Shown here: one piece after another, positions 54,246 through 62,630 of the stretch
Layout: the number at the start of each line of letters is the position of its first letter
Position numbering within the stretch: position 1 is the stretch's first letter
Source of the DNA: an uncultured Mycoplasmatota bacterium
Lineage (GTDB): Bacteria; Bacillota_I; Bacilli_A; RF39; UBA660
Length of the DNA stretch: 64,000 nucleotides
Reading direction: 5' to 3'
NCBI GenBank assembly: GCA_948465965.1
Contig: CAOJYR010000004.1
Span: 2,734 to 66,733, forward strand
Notes under the pieces: generated by a model
Told to the model about the DNA's origin: nothing
Seen by the model: the letters and a program-made list of their open reading frames with translations, nothing else
Databases searched by the model: none
Program-made: the position numbers and the translations under genes

Positions 54246-54938
54246 ATGTTTTATGATACAAAACAGGCTTTAAAAGCTTGTGAAGAAGATCCATCCCTGA
54301 TTTTTAATTTAATTAAAGATGGATATTTTGAGGTAGTAGATGAACTTATTACTAAAAACAAAATAGATATTAATACTTGTGATGTAGCAGGTAATGATGT
54401 GATGGTTAGACTTTTAAAGGCTAGGCAATATGAATTGGTAATTAAATTTATGAGAAAGAGAAGTTGGGATGTTAATCATCAAAATCTAGATGGTAATACT
54501 TTTGGACATATACTTGCTAAGGATAATTCTGTTGCAGCTTTAAAAATAGTTGAGGTTTTAACTAAGAATAAAAAATACATGTTAAATATTAAGAATAATA
54601 AAGGTGAGACAGTCTTAGATAGAGCAATTAATAGTAAATATATTTATACAGCTCTAAAGATTGTTGAAGATAAAAGATTTAATAATATTTCGGTATTATC
54701 TTTTAAAAAACTATATAATGCTTGTATTAAAAATACATATTATGGCAAGTATTCTAGACTTAATAATTTAGAGATTATTATTGATAGTTTAGAAAAAAAA
54801 GAATTAGTACCTAGTATGAAAAAGTTACTAAATGAAATTAATGAGAATATAGATGTAATTAAGAATGAAATTATGAAGAATAAATCTTTATTTTTGGATA
54901 AGGTTATTGATTCTTCTTTAATGGAAGTTGAAATTTAG
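54246..54938 (+). CDS. Ankyrin-repeat protein
   Basis: Repeats of the type D.AGNDVMVRLLKARQYELVIKFM / NLDGNTFGHILAKDNSVAALKIVEVL / NNKGETVLDRAINSKYIYTALKIVE. Start set at ATG 54246 behind AGAGGTG. The track ORF starts at 54147. Confidence 0.55.
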   Translation: MFYDTKQALKACEEDPSLIFNLIKDGYFEVVDELITKNKIDINTCDVAGNDVMVRLLKARQYELVIKFMRKRSWDVNHQNLDGNTFGHILAKDNSVAALKIVEVLTKNKKYMLNIKNNKGETVLDRAINSKYIYTALKIVEDKRFNNISVLSFKKLYNACIKNTYYGKYSRLNNLEIIIDSLEKKELVPSMKKLLNEINENIDVIKNEIMKNKSLFLDKVIDSSLMEVEI

Positions 54939-54959
54939 ATAAGAGAAGTGTTCTCTTAT
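54939..54959 (+). terminator. Rho-independent terminator after the ankyrin gene
   Basis: ataagaga-agtgt-tctcttat forms an 8-bp stem, followed by ttttatttt. Confidence 0.6.
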
Positions 54960-55003
54960 TTTTATTTTAAATATAATGGTGGAATATAAATTAAAAATAA
55001 AGA

Positions 55004-55040
55004 AAAAACTGTTAACAAATAAATTCTGTTAACAGTTTTT
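55004..55040. terminator. Strong bidirectional terminator hairpin
   Basis: aaaaactgttaaca / tgttaacagttttt forms a 14-bp perfect stem with a 9-nt loop, with A- and T-runs built in. It lies just downstream of the minus-strand GT2 gene. Confidence 0.7.
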
Positions 55041-55045
55041 TTGTT

Positions 55046-55978
55046 TTATCTTTTTGTTTTTATTAATATGAGTTCAAATAATTGGCGATGTTTTTTTACT
55101 ACTACTTCTAAAATGATTCCACAAGTAAACATTAGTGTAGAAATTATTAACATGAATCCTGAAAATATTAGTGTTGGATATCTTGGTACTAGGCCTGTTT
55201 TAAAGTATTCTACAAATACTGGAACTCCGAATATAAGTGATATAATTAGGAATAATAGGCTTATTAGGCTGAAGAATATAGTTGGTTTATATTCTTTAAA
55301 TAAGCGTGCTATTGTTTTTAATACTTTAAATCCATCACTATATGTACTTAACTTTGATACACTTCCTGCTGGGCGATCTCTATATTCTACTGGTATTTCT
55401 TTTAATAAGAAGTTTTTATCAAGTGCATGAATTGTCATCTCTGTTTCTATTTCAAATCCTTTTGATAAAACTGGGAATGTTTTTACAAATTCATAACTAA
55501 AGGCGCGATATCCAGTCATTATATCTCTAACATTGCTTTTGAATAGTGTATTGATTAGTCCTCTAACTAGTTTATTTCCAAAGTTATGAAATGGTCTTTT
55601 ATTTTCCCCAAAATAAGTAGATGATAGACGATCCCCAATTACCATATCAGCTTTTCCATTTAGTATTAAATCGCACATTTCGCGTGCGTTTTCTTTTGGA
55701 TAGGTATCATCACCATCGATCATTAAATAGCAATCTGCATCAATATCTTTAAACATGCTTCTGATAACATTACCTTTTCCTTGTTTATATTCGTAGCAAA
55801 CTATGGCACCTGCTTTTTTTGCTATTTTATCTGTATTATCTGTAGAATTATTATCATATACATAAATATCTGCTTCTGGTAATACTTTCTTGTAATCTTT
55901 TATTACTTTTTCTATTGTTTTTGATTCGTTATAGCAAGGAATTAAAACTGCTATTTTTTTCTTTCCCTCTTTTTTCAT
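55046..55978 (-). CDS. Family-2 glycosyltransferase with two C-terminal TM helices (GtrB/CsbB-like polyprenyl-phosphate sugar synthase)
   Basis: IAVLIPCYNES...YVYDNNSTDNT...MIDGDDTYP (DXD) plus two C-terminal helices. I set the start at ATG 55978 with AGGAG (55986-55990, minus strand) inside the end of the upstream gene. Confidence 0.85.
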   Translation of the reverse strand: MKKEGKKKIAVLIPCYNESKTIEKVIKDYKKVLPEADIYVYDNNSTDNTDKIAKKAGAIVCYEYKQGKGNVIRSMFKDIDADCYLMIDGDDTYPKENAREMCDLILNGKADMVIGDRLSSTYFGENKRPFHNFGNKLVRGLINTLFKSNVRDIMTGYRAFSYEFVKTFPVLSKGFEIETEMTIHALDKNFLLKEIPVEYRDRPAGSVSKLSTYSDGFKVLKTIARLFKEYKPTIFFSLISLLFLIISLIFGVPVFVEYFKTGLVPRYPTLIFSGFMLIISTLMFTCGIILEVVVKKHRQLFELILIKTKR

Positions 55979-55982
55979 ACAT

Positions 55983-57899
55983 TTACTCCTTATTTTGTTT
56001 TTCATTTTCTTTGAATGCTAGATAATTTACAATAATGCATGTTGGTATACTGAAAATAATTGGTAGGGCATATCTTATACTTCCATTTAGAGGAGAGGCT
56101 AGACATACTAATAGTACAGATAGTAATGGGGCAAGTGGTATTAGATACTTATATTTTTTTTTGATTATAATATAGCTACAAGATATTATTAAGATCCAAT
56201 TATAGCAAGCGACATGGAAAAATAATCCTATTATTGGAAGTTTTCCTAATATTTCCACTAAATAAAATATGTTTAGTCTTATCTTTTGGAATTTTTCTAT
56301 GTTACTTATAGAAAATTTAGATGCAACTCTTGTATCAATGCCTAGGTTTATATCTTTCATATCTTCATTTGGATAAAAGTATTGGTAGGTACTATGTATG
56401 AATGATTCTATATAGATATTAGGGTATTTATATAGGTATTTTACCCATACCTGAAAGAATTCTTTTAAATCTTTTGGGGTTGTATTTTTATTGTATTTAT
56501 CTTTCACATAGTCCGATATTTCTGGTATATATCTACTACCTAAATCTTTAAATACAATAACATTGTCTATTGCTTTTTTGTCATTTTCAGAAAATATTTT
56601 CTCTCCTTTATTATTCACTAATCTTGCAATCTGCATAAAGGGTATGGATAACATTTCTTTAGGGCTTCCTTTTGAAACATCAAAACATTTATATAAAATT
56701 TGATTAAAAGAAAAGTATAGGGTTATTGGTATTATTAATATTACTAATAATTTTTTCCATCTTTTTTTATATAGGAAGAATAAAAGAGGATATGAAAGTA
56801 GTATTGTAATGATTCCATTATTTCTTAACAGGAGTACTAATAGTATATTAATTATAAAATAGGTTAGTATAATTTTACTTTTAAATATACTTTCATAATT
56901 TCTTACTATTTGTATTAGAAATATTGTATATAGAAGGGTAAATAGGGCACTTGGTGTATCTTTTACTGCAAGAATTGTGTATGAAGAGAGTATGGGGGTT
57001 AGTCCAATAAATAATAGGGTACATATACGTATCCATAGGGGAATGTTTATTCTTTTCATATAGTAAATAATAAATGTATAAATTATTATTGAAAGAGTAG
57101 TTTGTAGGAGTGTATAAATAAATGCACCTACTGTAAAGCTATGAGCTATATTTCCAAGTTTAAAAAGACTTCCTATTATTAAGGTGAATAATACAGGGTG
57201 ATGTTGGTTTAAATATACATGTGGATTAATAAGATTAACCATATCTTTACTCCATGATTCATCTAGATTAAAGAATTGGCATAGAGCATCATAAGTATCA
57301 CCAGTTGCAGAAAAAGGAAAGTAAATTATAATATAGGGCAGTCTGGATAATGCTATAAATAGTATGGTAGTAATTATTGGATGTTTATCAAAAAAGGTTA
57401 GTAGATTGATACCTATTTTTTTTATTTTGTTATTTGTTTTTTTGCTTGTTTTTCTTGGTTTCTTTGTTTTTTTTTTGAATTTTGTAAAGTTTATTTGTAA
57501 TATTTTTTTTAATAAAGCGTAAAAGCAAAAATAGGATCCTAAAAATAGTATAGAGGATTTTAATAAAAGGATAGGTTCTAAAATATTAGGAAATGCGTTT
57601 CTTAATTCTAGGTTTTTTCCTATTACTATAATAGAAGATAAAACTATAGAAACGATACTGATTATAATATTTTTTTTAGTAAACTTTGCATTATCATAAT
57701 AAACTTGATAATAAAAGTAAAAAATAAATATACCTATTAAAAGATGAATGATATCAAATTTTTTTAAAAGATTATTTATTTCAATAAAGATATTGTTGGC
57801 ATTTTGTGTTATTCCTATTGTTGTATAATCAATTACTAATAACATCATTGTAAAAAATGTAAAGGCTGTTATTACTAATATTTTACTAATTTTTTCCAT
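55983..57899 (-). CDS. Large polytopic membrane protein, GT-C-like (candidate extracytoplasmic glycosyltransferase partner of the GT2)
   Basis: More than 12 TM helices plus a ~200-aa extracytoplasmic domain. Its stop lies 4 nt before the GT2 start. I set the start at ATG 57899 behind GGAGG (57911-57915, minus strand). Confidence 0.5.
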   Translation of the reverse strand: MEKISKILVITAFTFFTMMLLVIDYTTIGITQNANNIFIEINNLLKKFDIIHLLIGIFIFYFYYQVYYDNAKFTKKNIIISIVSIVLSSIIVIGKNLELRNAFPNILEPILLLKSSILFLGSYFCFYALLKKILQINFTKFKKKTKKPRKTSKKTNNKIKKIGINLLTFFDKHPIITTILFIALSRLPYIIIYFPFSATGDTYDALCQFFNLDESWSKDMVNLINPHVYLNQHHPVLFTLIIGSLFKLGNIAHSFTVGAFIYTLLQTTLSIIIYTFIIYYMKRINIPLWIRICTLLFIGLTPILSSYTILAVKDTPSALFTLLYTIFLIQIVRNYESIFKSKIILTYFIINILLVLLLRNNGIITILLSYPLLFFLYKKRWKKLLVILIIPITLYFSFNQILYKCFDVSKGSPKEMLSIPFMQIARLVNNKGEKIFSENDKKAIDNVIVFKDLGSRYIPEISDYVKDKYNKNTTPKDLKEFFQVWVKYLYKYPNIYIESFIHSTYQYFYPNEDMKDINLGIDTRVASKFSISNIEKFQKIRLNIFYLVEILGKLPIIGLFFHVACYNWILIISCSYIIIKKKYKYLIPLAPLLSVLLVCLASPLNGSIRYALPIIFSIPTCIIVNYLAFKENEKQNKE

Positions 57900-57991
57900 A
57901 GTTATATACACCTCCAACTATGAGTTATATATTTATTTTATCATTATATTGTTTTTTTTTAAATATATAAATTGGATTATTATAATAGAAA

Positions 57992-58013
57992 AGATGAATT
58001 TTTGCATTCATCT
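57992..58013 (-). terminator. Hairpin terminator downstream of the 58032-58715 gene
   Basis: agatgaat / attcatct forms an 8-bp stem with a 6-nt loop. On the minus strand it is followed by tttt. Confidence 0.5.
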
Positions 58014-58031
58014 TTCTAATATTTTTAAATT

Positions 58032-58715
58032 TTATTTTGCGTAGAAATTAATCGTTAATGCAAGTTTTGCAGCTGCCATATTTCCGCTTATACTTGACCA
58101 GGCATCAAGATCAGAATTGTTAAGTTCAGAATTTGATTTATAATGGTGTTTGCAAGTAATTGTTTTTGAACTTCCTGCAGGTATAACATCTCCTGTTTTT
58201 ATCTCTTTTCCATCACTATAGGCACAACTTATTGTTATTAATCTTTGTATTACAGATACCATGGCAGAGTCTCCACATCTTCCACCATGCGATCCACTAC
58301 TGTCTGTATATACATAGCACCCAGTAGACATTTGAGAGGTTGTTGGTAATGTTACACTGGAAATCGTTGCGTCGATTGCCCCATTGTTTACTATATCAAC
58401 ATTCATGTCATGTGTTGTAGTCGAGTATTCATCCGGATTATTAAGTGTTAAACGATAATTTACTGTAGTTGCATTTGTACTATCTATGTTGGTAATGGCT
58501 GGCCAACTACCATACATATCAGTTGGTTGATAGAAGCTAATTGCTCCGCTATCATTTGTTGAAATGTTTTCAAAGTGAATATCCCATGTTGGTTTTCTTA
58601 TTTCTGTTGTACCAGTAATGTTTAATGTTGTTGTAAGCGCTGCATATCCTATTCCTATTAATAATGCTACTGCAAGTATTGCAGTTAAATATAAACTTGT
58701 GTTTCTTTTTTTCAT
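58032..58715 (-). CDS. Secreted beta-rich protein, paralog of 44061-44555 (same SipW-cognate-like N-terminus), with four Cys
   Basis: MKKRNTS + helix ending IGIGYAALTTTLNITGTTEIRKPTWDIHF aligns with VGYAAFASQLNLNGTTTIDGEWDVEI. It also has MNVDIVNNGAIDATI (compare VENKGNIDAKL). Confidence 0.5.
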   Translation of the reverse strand: MKKRNTSLYLTAILAVALLIGIGYAALTTTLNITGTTEIRKPTWDIHFENISTNDSGAISFYQPTDMYGSWPAITNIDSTNATTVNYRLTLNNPDEYSTTTHDMNVDIVNNGAIDATISSVTLPTTSQMSTGCYVYTDSSGSHGGRCGDSAMVSVIQRLITISCAYSDGKEIKTGDVIPAGSSKTITCKHHYKSNSELNNSDLDAWSSISGNMAAAKLALTINFYAK

Positions 58716-58942
58716 TATTTTCTCTCCTTTACTATTTTATATCTTTATTATATATAATGGTAAAAAACATGTCTTTTATACAATTATGATAAAAATATTC
58801 TTGTGGTGTTTTTATTTTATACTTACCATATTTTTTTGCTTTTTTGAAAAACAGAATTTTATTTTTGAATTTATAAATTTTTTTGTTGGTTGATTTTTTT
58901 TTGTTAATCATATATTATATGTTTGGAAGTGGAAGTGATAGT

Positions 58943-60358
58943 ATGCATTTACCTGATTATAAGGAAGCAAGAACTAGAGATAGAAGAAATTATAAACGTG
59001 TTCATTTTAATTTTGATAAAAATATAAAAGATAAATATAGAGGTAAGACTTTTTATTTGAAAACTTATGGATGTCAAATGAATGAGCATGATAGTGAAAA
59101 TATAGAGGCTCTACTTATCCAACTTGGGTTTTCGAAAGTAGATGATTATAGTATTGCCGATTTAGTTCTTTTAAATACTTGTAGTATTCGTGAAAATGCG
59201 CATAATAAGGCTTTTGGTATGCTTGGACGTCTTAAGCATTTAAAGCAAGAGAAAAAAGATTTAATAGTAGGTCTTTGTGGGTGTATGGCTCAGGAGTCCA
59301 GTGTAGTAGAAGAAATTCTTAGGGATTATAAATGGGTTAATTTTGTATTTGGTACTCATAATATGTATCAATTACCTAATATAATTGATAAAGCAATTGA
59401 AGAGAATAAGCAGCAAATAGAGGTTTATTCACGTGAAGGAGATTTGGTGGAGGGACTCCCAGTAAATAGAGTAAATAGTTATAAGGCTTATGTAAATATA
59501 ATTTATGGTTGCAATAAGTTTTGTACTTATTGTGTAGTTCCTTATACTAGAGGAAGAGAAAGAAGTCGTGAAAAAGATGATATCTTGAAAGAGGTTAGAC
59601 AGTTAATTGCTGATGGTTATAAGGAGATAACTTTACTTGGACAAAATGTTAATGCTTATGGAAAAGATTTGTATGAGGATTATACGCTAGCTAATTTACT
59701 TGAAGATATTGCAAAGATGAAGATTCCACGTATTCGATTTACTACCTCTCATCCATGGGATTTTACAGACCATATGATAGAGGTTATTGGGAAATATGAT
59801 AATATTATGCCTAGTGTTCATTTGCCAGTACAAAGTGGGTCTAGCAGAATTTTAAAGCTTATGGGAAGACGTTATACGAAAGAAAGTTATTTGGAATTGT
59901 TTCACAAAATAAAAAGAGTAGTTCCGGGAGTGAGTATTTCCACTGATATCATTGTAGGTTTCCCTGGGGAAGAGGAACATGACTTTTTGGAAACACTTGA
60001 TTTAGTTCATACATGTAAGTATGATAATGCCTTTACTTTTATCTTTTCTAAAAGAGAAGGAACACCGGCTTGTAAGTTAGAAGATCATACTCCCTTAAAA
60101 GAAAAAGAGGAAAGACTACAGAGGTTAAATGAAGTAGTTAATCAGTATTTTTTGGAGAATAATAAGAAATTAGAAGGTAAGATACTTCCAGTATTAGTAG
60201 AAGGAGTCTCTGATAAGAAAAATATGTATTATGGTTATAGTGATACTAATAAATTGGTTAATTTTACTAGTAATAAAGAGATTAATACTGGTGAAATAGT
60301 TGATGTCAGTATAATTACTGCTAAAACTTGGAGTTTGGATGGTGAAGTAGTTGAATAG
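58943..60358 (+). CDS. miaB: tRNA-2-methylthio-N6-dimethylallyladenosine synthase MiaB (radical SAM methylthiotransferase)
   Basis: UPF0004 N-domain (YGCQMNEHDSE, NTCSIRENA), radical SAM CNKFCTYCVVP and a TRAM domain. The start is probably ATG 58943. The track ORF begins at 58883. Confidence 0.9.
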   Translation: MHLPDYKEARTRDRRNYKRVHFNFDKNIKDKYRGKTFYLKTYGCQMNEHDSENIEALLIQLGFSKVDDYSIADLVLLNTCSIRENAHNKAFGMLGRLKHLKQEKKDLIVGLCGCMAQESSVVEEILRDYKWVNFVFGTHNMYQLPNIIDKAIEENKQQIEVYSREGDLVEGLPVNRVNSYKAYVNIIYGCNKFCTYCVVPYTRGRERSREKDDILKEVRQLIADGYKEITLLGQNVNAYGKDLYEDYTLANLLEDIAKMKIPRIRFTTSHPWDFTDHMIEVIGKYDNIMPSVHLPVQSGSSRILKLMGRRYTKESYLELFHKIKRVVPGVSISTDIIVGFPGEEEHDFLETLDLVHTCKYDNAFTFIFSKREGTPACKLEDHTPLKEKEERLQRLNEVVNQYFLENNKKLEGKILPVLVEGVSDKKNMYYGYSDTNKLVNFTSNKEINTGEIVDVSIITAKTWSLDGEVVE

Positions 60359-60686
60359 GGAATTAGATGAAGTCATATCTTATATCAAGAATAGCTTTAG
60401 TTATAAAAAATGTATTGAAATTAAAAAAAAGATGAAATCAAATTGCGAAATTTGTAGTTTGGTGGAGGATATAAAAATGCTTCAAAAGCAATATGTGAAA
60501 GGTAATTATTCAGATGAGGCAGTAAAACTAGAACTTGATTTAAAAGAGAAGAGACTTGAGGGTATTCCTTTATATATAGAATATATGAATTATTTAGAGA
60601 GAGTTAATGAAATGATTAATTTAGTAAAAGATGAGTTGAATGCTTATTTTATTGATTTACTTTCTATAGAGATAAAAAATGATTAG
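60351..60686 (+). CDS. ricA: YlbF/YmcA-family protein (RicA-like)
   Basis: It lies immediately after miaB and before cotE, as ymcA does in B. subtilis. DIKMLQKQYV and IPLYIEYMNYLERVNEMINLV fit the family pattern. TTG start overlapping the miaB stop. Confidence 0.55.
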   Translation: MNRELDEVISYIKNSFSYKKCIEIKKKMKSNCEICSLVEDIKMLQKQYVKGNYSDEAVKLELDLKEKRLEGIPLYIEYMNYLERVNEMINLVKDELNAYFIDLLSIEIKND

Positions 60687-60697
60687 TTTTTGGCTAA

Positions 60698-61327
60698 TCA
60701 TTTTTTCTTTGTATTTAATTCTTCTAGTATTTTCTTTTTTGTATGTTCAATAAATTGTTTTATTAATTGTATATCAAAAATATATTTCTTTTCTGATTTT
60801 GAGTTTTCAATAATTATTCCCATTTGATCAATTAATATATTCAATTTATCAACTGGTAATTCTTCTATTTTTGAGTTTGGTGTGTTAAATTCTTCATAGA
60901 ATAGATTTAGGTTTAATTCATATTCGTCAATTATTTGAATATTTAAATTCGTATAGTCATTGTATATTAGTTTATGAATTTCAGTTTCATCTGCATTTAT
61001 AATTGTTCCGTCTAATAATTTTACTATATTATTTGAAACTAGGCTGCTTATAAACTCCTTAAACCATATTTTATTAGTATATAAATGAATAAAGTATCCT
61101 AAATCAAAATCATTATCTTTGTAATTTTTGTATTTGTTTGTGAACATTTCAATATTTGGGATTTCCCCTTTTGTATTATATAAAAAGTGGGTTTTATGTT
61201 TTGTTTGTCCGATTTGTTTTGCGATATCAGGAGCAATTGACCCTAGATAATAATCTTTTTCGTTTTTAATATTTAAATATGGTTTTAGAACTTTTGCTAC
61301 TGCTATATGAATTATTGCTGATGCCAT
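60698..61327 (-). CDS. Hypothetical protein, possibly a metal-dependent hydrolase (Zn-phospholipase-C-like N-terminus)
   Basis: N-terminal MASAIIHIAVAK...YYLGSIAPDI. Weak resemblance only. Confidence 0.35.
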   Translation of the reverse strand: MASAIIHIAVAKVLKPYLNIKNEKDYYLGSIAPDIAKQIGQTKHKTHFLYNTKGEIPNIEMFTNKYKNYKDNDFDLGYFIHLYTNKIWFKEFISSLVSNNIVKLLDGTIINADETEIHKLIYNDYTNLNIQIIDEYELNLNLFYEEFNTPNSKIEELPVDKLNILIDQMGIIIENSKSEKKYIFDIQLIKQFIEHTKKKILEELNTKKK

Positions 61328-61450
61328 GGTTACCTCCTATATATTAATATTATCATAAAAAATGATAAGTATTTATGAAATGTTCGATCTTATTTATTTT
61401 TTTGACAATCTTTTGGTTTCATTGCATATATTAGTTTAGGAGGGATACTT

Positions 61451-61984
61451 ATGGCGAATTATAGAGAAATCGTTACGAAAGCTGTTATTGCTAAGGGTAA
61501 AAAGTTATTTACATCAGATAATAGTGTGGTTGTTTCTAATAATCCATCAACAATACTTGGTTGTTGGGTAATTAATCATAATTTTAATGGTGTTAGAAAT
61601 GGAGATAGAATTACTATTAGTGGTAGTTATGATGTAAATATTTGGTATTCTTATGATAATGATACGAAAACAGAAGTTGTTAGGGAAACTAACTCTTATC
61701 AAGAGGTTGTTAATATGAGAAGCAGAGAAGATGAAACGGGAGATGAAGAAATTATTGTTAGAAGTTTAAAGCAACCTAATTGTGTAAAGGTTGATATTTC
61801 TGGCAATAGAATAGATTATACAATAGAAAAAGAACTTGGTATAGAACTTGTAGGTGATGTAAAGGTAAAAATAGAGGCTAATTTAGAGGAAGATCCTTGG
61901 GATGAAATAGTAGAGGATAATACTGAAGAGGTAATAGAACAAATTGATGAAGTAAAAGAAGAATTTATTGAGGAGAATTTATAA
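61451..61984 (+). CDS. cotE: Outer spore coat morphogenetic protein CotE
   Basis: MANYREIVTKAVIAKGKK...PSTILGCWVINH...DVNIWYSYDNDTKTEVV...LKQPNC and an acidic C-terminus closely parallel B. subtilis CotE. Confidence 0.9.
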   Translation: MANYREIVTKAVIAKGKKLFTSDNSVVVSNNPSTILGCWVINHNFNGVRNGDRITISGSYDVNIWYSYDNDTKTEVVRETNSYQEVVNMRSREDETGDEEIIVRSLKQPNCVKVDISGNRIDYTIEKELGIELVGDVKVKIEANLEEDPWDEIVEDNTEEVIEQIDEVKEEFIEENL

Positions 61985-61992
61985 TATTATAG

Positions 61993-62022
61993 AATAACAC
62001 TCAATTCTTGAGCGTTATTTTT
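61993..62022 (+). terminator. Rho-independent terminator after cotE
   Basis: aataacactcaa-ttc-ttgagcgttatt forms a 12-bp stem with one mismatch, followed by tttt. Confidence 0.6.
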
Positions 62023-62041
62023 GGCTGTTATCAAAAAAAGG

Positions 62042-62070
62042 TTGACATCTGTTGCTTTGTTTACTATAAT
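62042..62070 (+). promoter_or_regulatory. Consensus sigma-A promoter of rpsP
   Basis: TTGACA (62042-62047), exactly 17 nt, then TATAAT (62065-62070). Confidence 0.65.
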
Positions 62071-62104
62071 ATATGTCAGTGATCGATGAAATGGAGGGAA
62101 AAAC

Positions 62105-62380
62105 ATGGCAGTTAAAATAAGATTAACAAGAATGGGAGCCAAGAAAAGACCAACTTATAGAATAGTTGCTACTGACTCACGTCGTCCTAGAGATGGACAA
62201 TACATTGAACTTATTGGTACTTATGCACCTGTAGGAGAATGCAAAGTTAATATTAAAGAAGAAGTTGCATTAAAATGGCTTAATGAAGGAGCTATTCCTA
62301 CTGATACTGTAAGAAGTCTATTTAGCAAAGCTGGAATTATGAAAAAGTTTGCTGAGTCAAAAGAAAAGAAGGATAAGTAA
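62105..62380 (+). CDS. rpsP: 30S ribosomal protein S16
   Basis: [31 protein letters not shown]. Confidence 0.95.
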   Translation: MAVKIRLTRMGAKKRPTYRIVATDSRRPRDGQYIELIGTYAPVGECKVNIKEEVALKWLNEGAIPTDTVRSLFSKAGIMKKFAESKEKKDK

Positions 62381-62381
62381 T

Positions 62382-62630
62382 ATGGATTTAGTTAGTTTAA
62401 CTGAAGAAATTGTAAAATCTTTAGTGGAAGATACTGATGCTGTTAGTGTTAAGGAATTTCCTACTGAAGAAGATAATGTAATGCTTATTCAAGTGATAGT
62501 AGCAGAAGCTGATATGGGACGTGTCATTGGTAAAGGTGGTCGTTGCGCTAATGCTATTAGAACTTTGGTGCAAGCAAGTAGTGCTTTGAAAGATAATAAG
62601 TATGTCAAGATTGACATTGATAAATTTTAA
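62382..62630 (+). CDS. khpA: KH-domain RNA-binding protein (YlqC/KhpA-like)
   Basis: GRVIGKGGRCANAIRTLV KH motif. ATG 62382 lies 1 nt after the rpsP stop. The track ORF start at 62349 would overlap rpsP. Confidence 0.85.
   Translation: MDLVSLTEEIVKSLVEDTDAVSVKEFPTEEDNVMLIQVIVAEADMGRVIGKGGRCANAIRTLVQASSALKDNKYVKIDIDKF

Noticed and set aside
55041-55430. A 129-aa plus-strand ORF.
   Set aside because: It is entirely antisense to the well-supported GT2 glycosyltransferase gene, and its start lies inside a terminator hairpin. The same reasoning applies to the other short antisense track ORFs: 233-652, 5463-5651, 9685-9942, 9794-9988, 12708-12983, 13263-13451, 15124-15336, 21545-21922, 22390-22683, 24124-24381, 25362-25553, 29031-29429, 30283-30510, 32716-32910, 35421-35675, 38378-38617, 40709-40900, 41327-41665, 43337-43630, 47457-47687, 49614-49877, 52721-52924, 58618-58893 and 60194-60376.
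61402-61433. Possible sporulation-sigma promoter of cotE (TTGACA-17-CATATA, with CATATATTA matching the sigma-K -10 pattern CATA---TA), and a similar CATACTATA upstream of the cotD-like gene (about 22351).
   Set aside because: The motifs are short and very frequent in AT-rich DNA. The -35 elements do not fit sigma-E or sigma-K consensus well enough to make a call without mapped transcription starts.
22275-62104. The 40 kb between ffh and rpsP as a possible inserted genomic island.
   Set aside because: The interval carries core genes (rpoZ, recX, prsA, sufCDSUB, pdp, serS, miaB, cotE). It has no integrase, transposase, tRNA target or flanking long repeats. It looks like chromosomal rearrangement rather than horizontal insertion.
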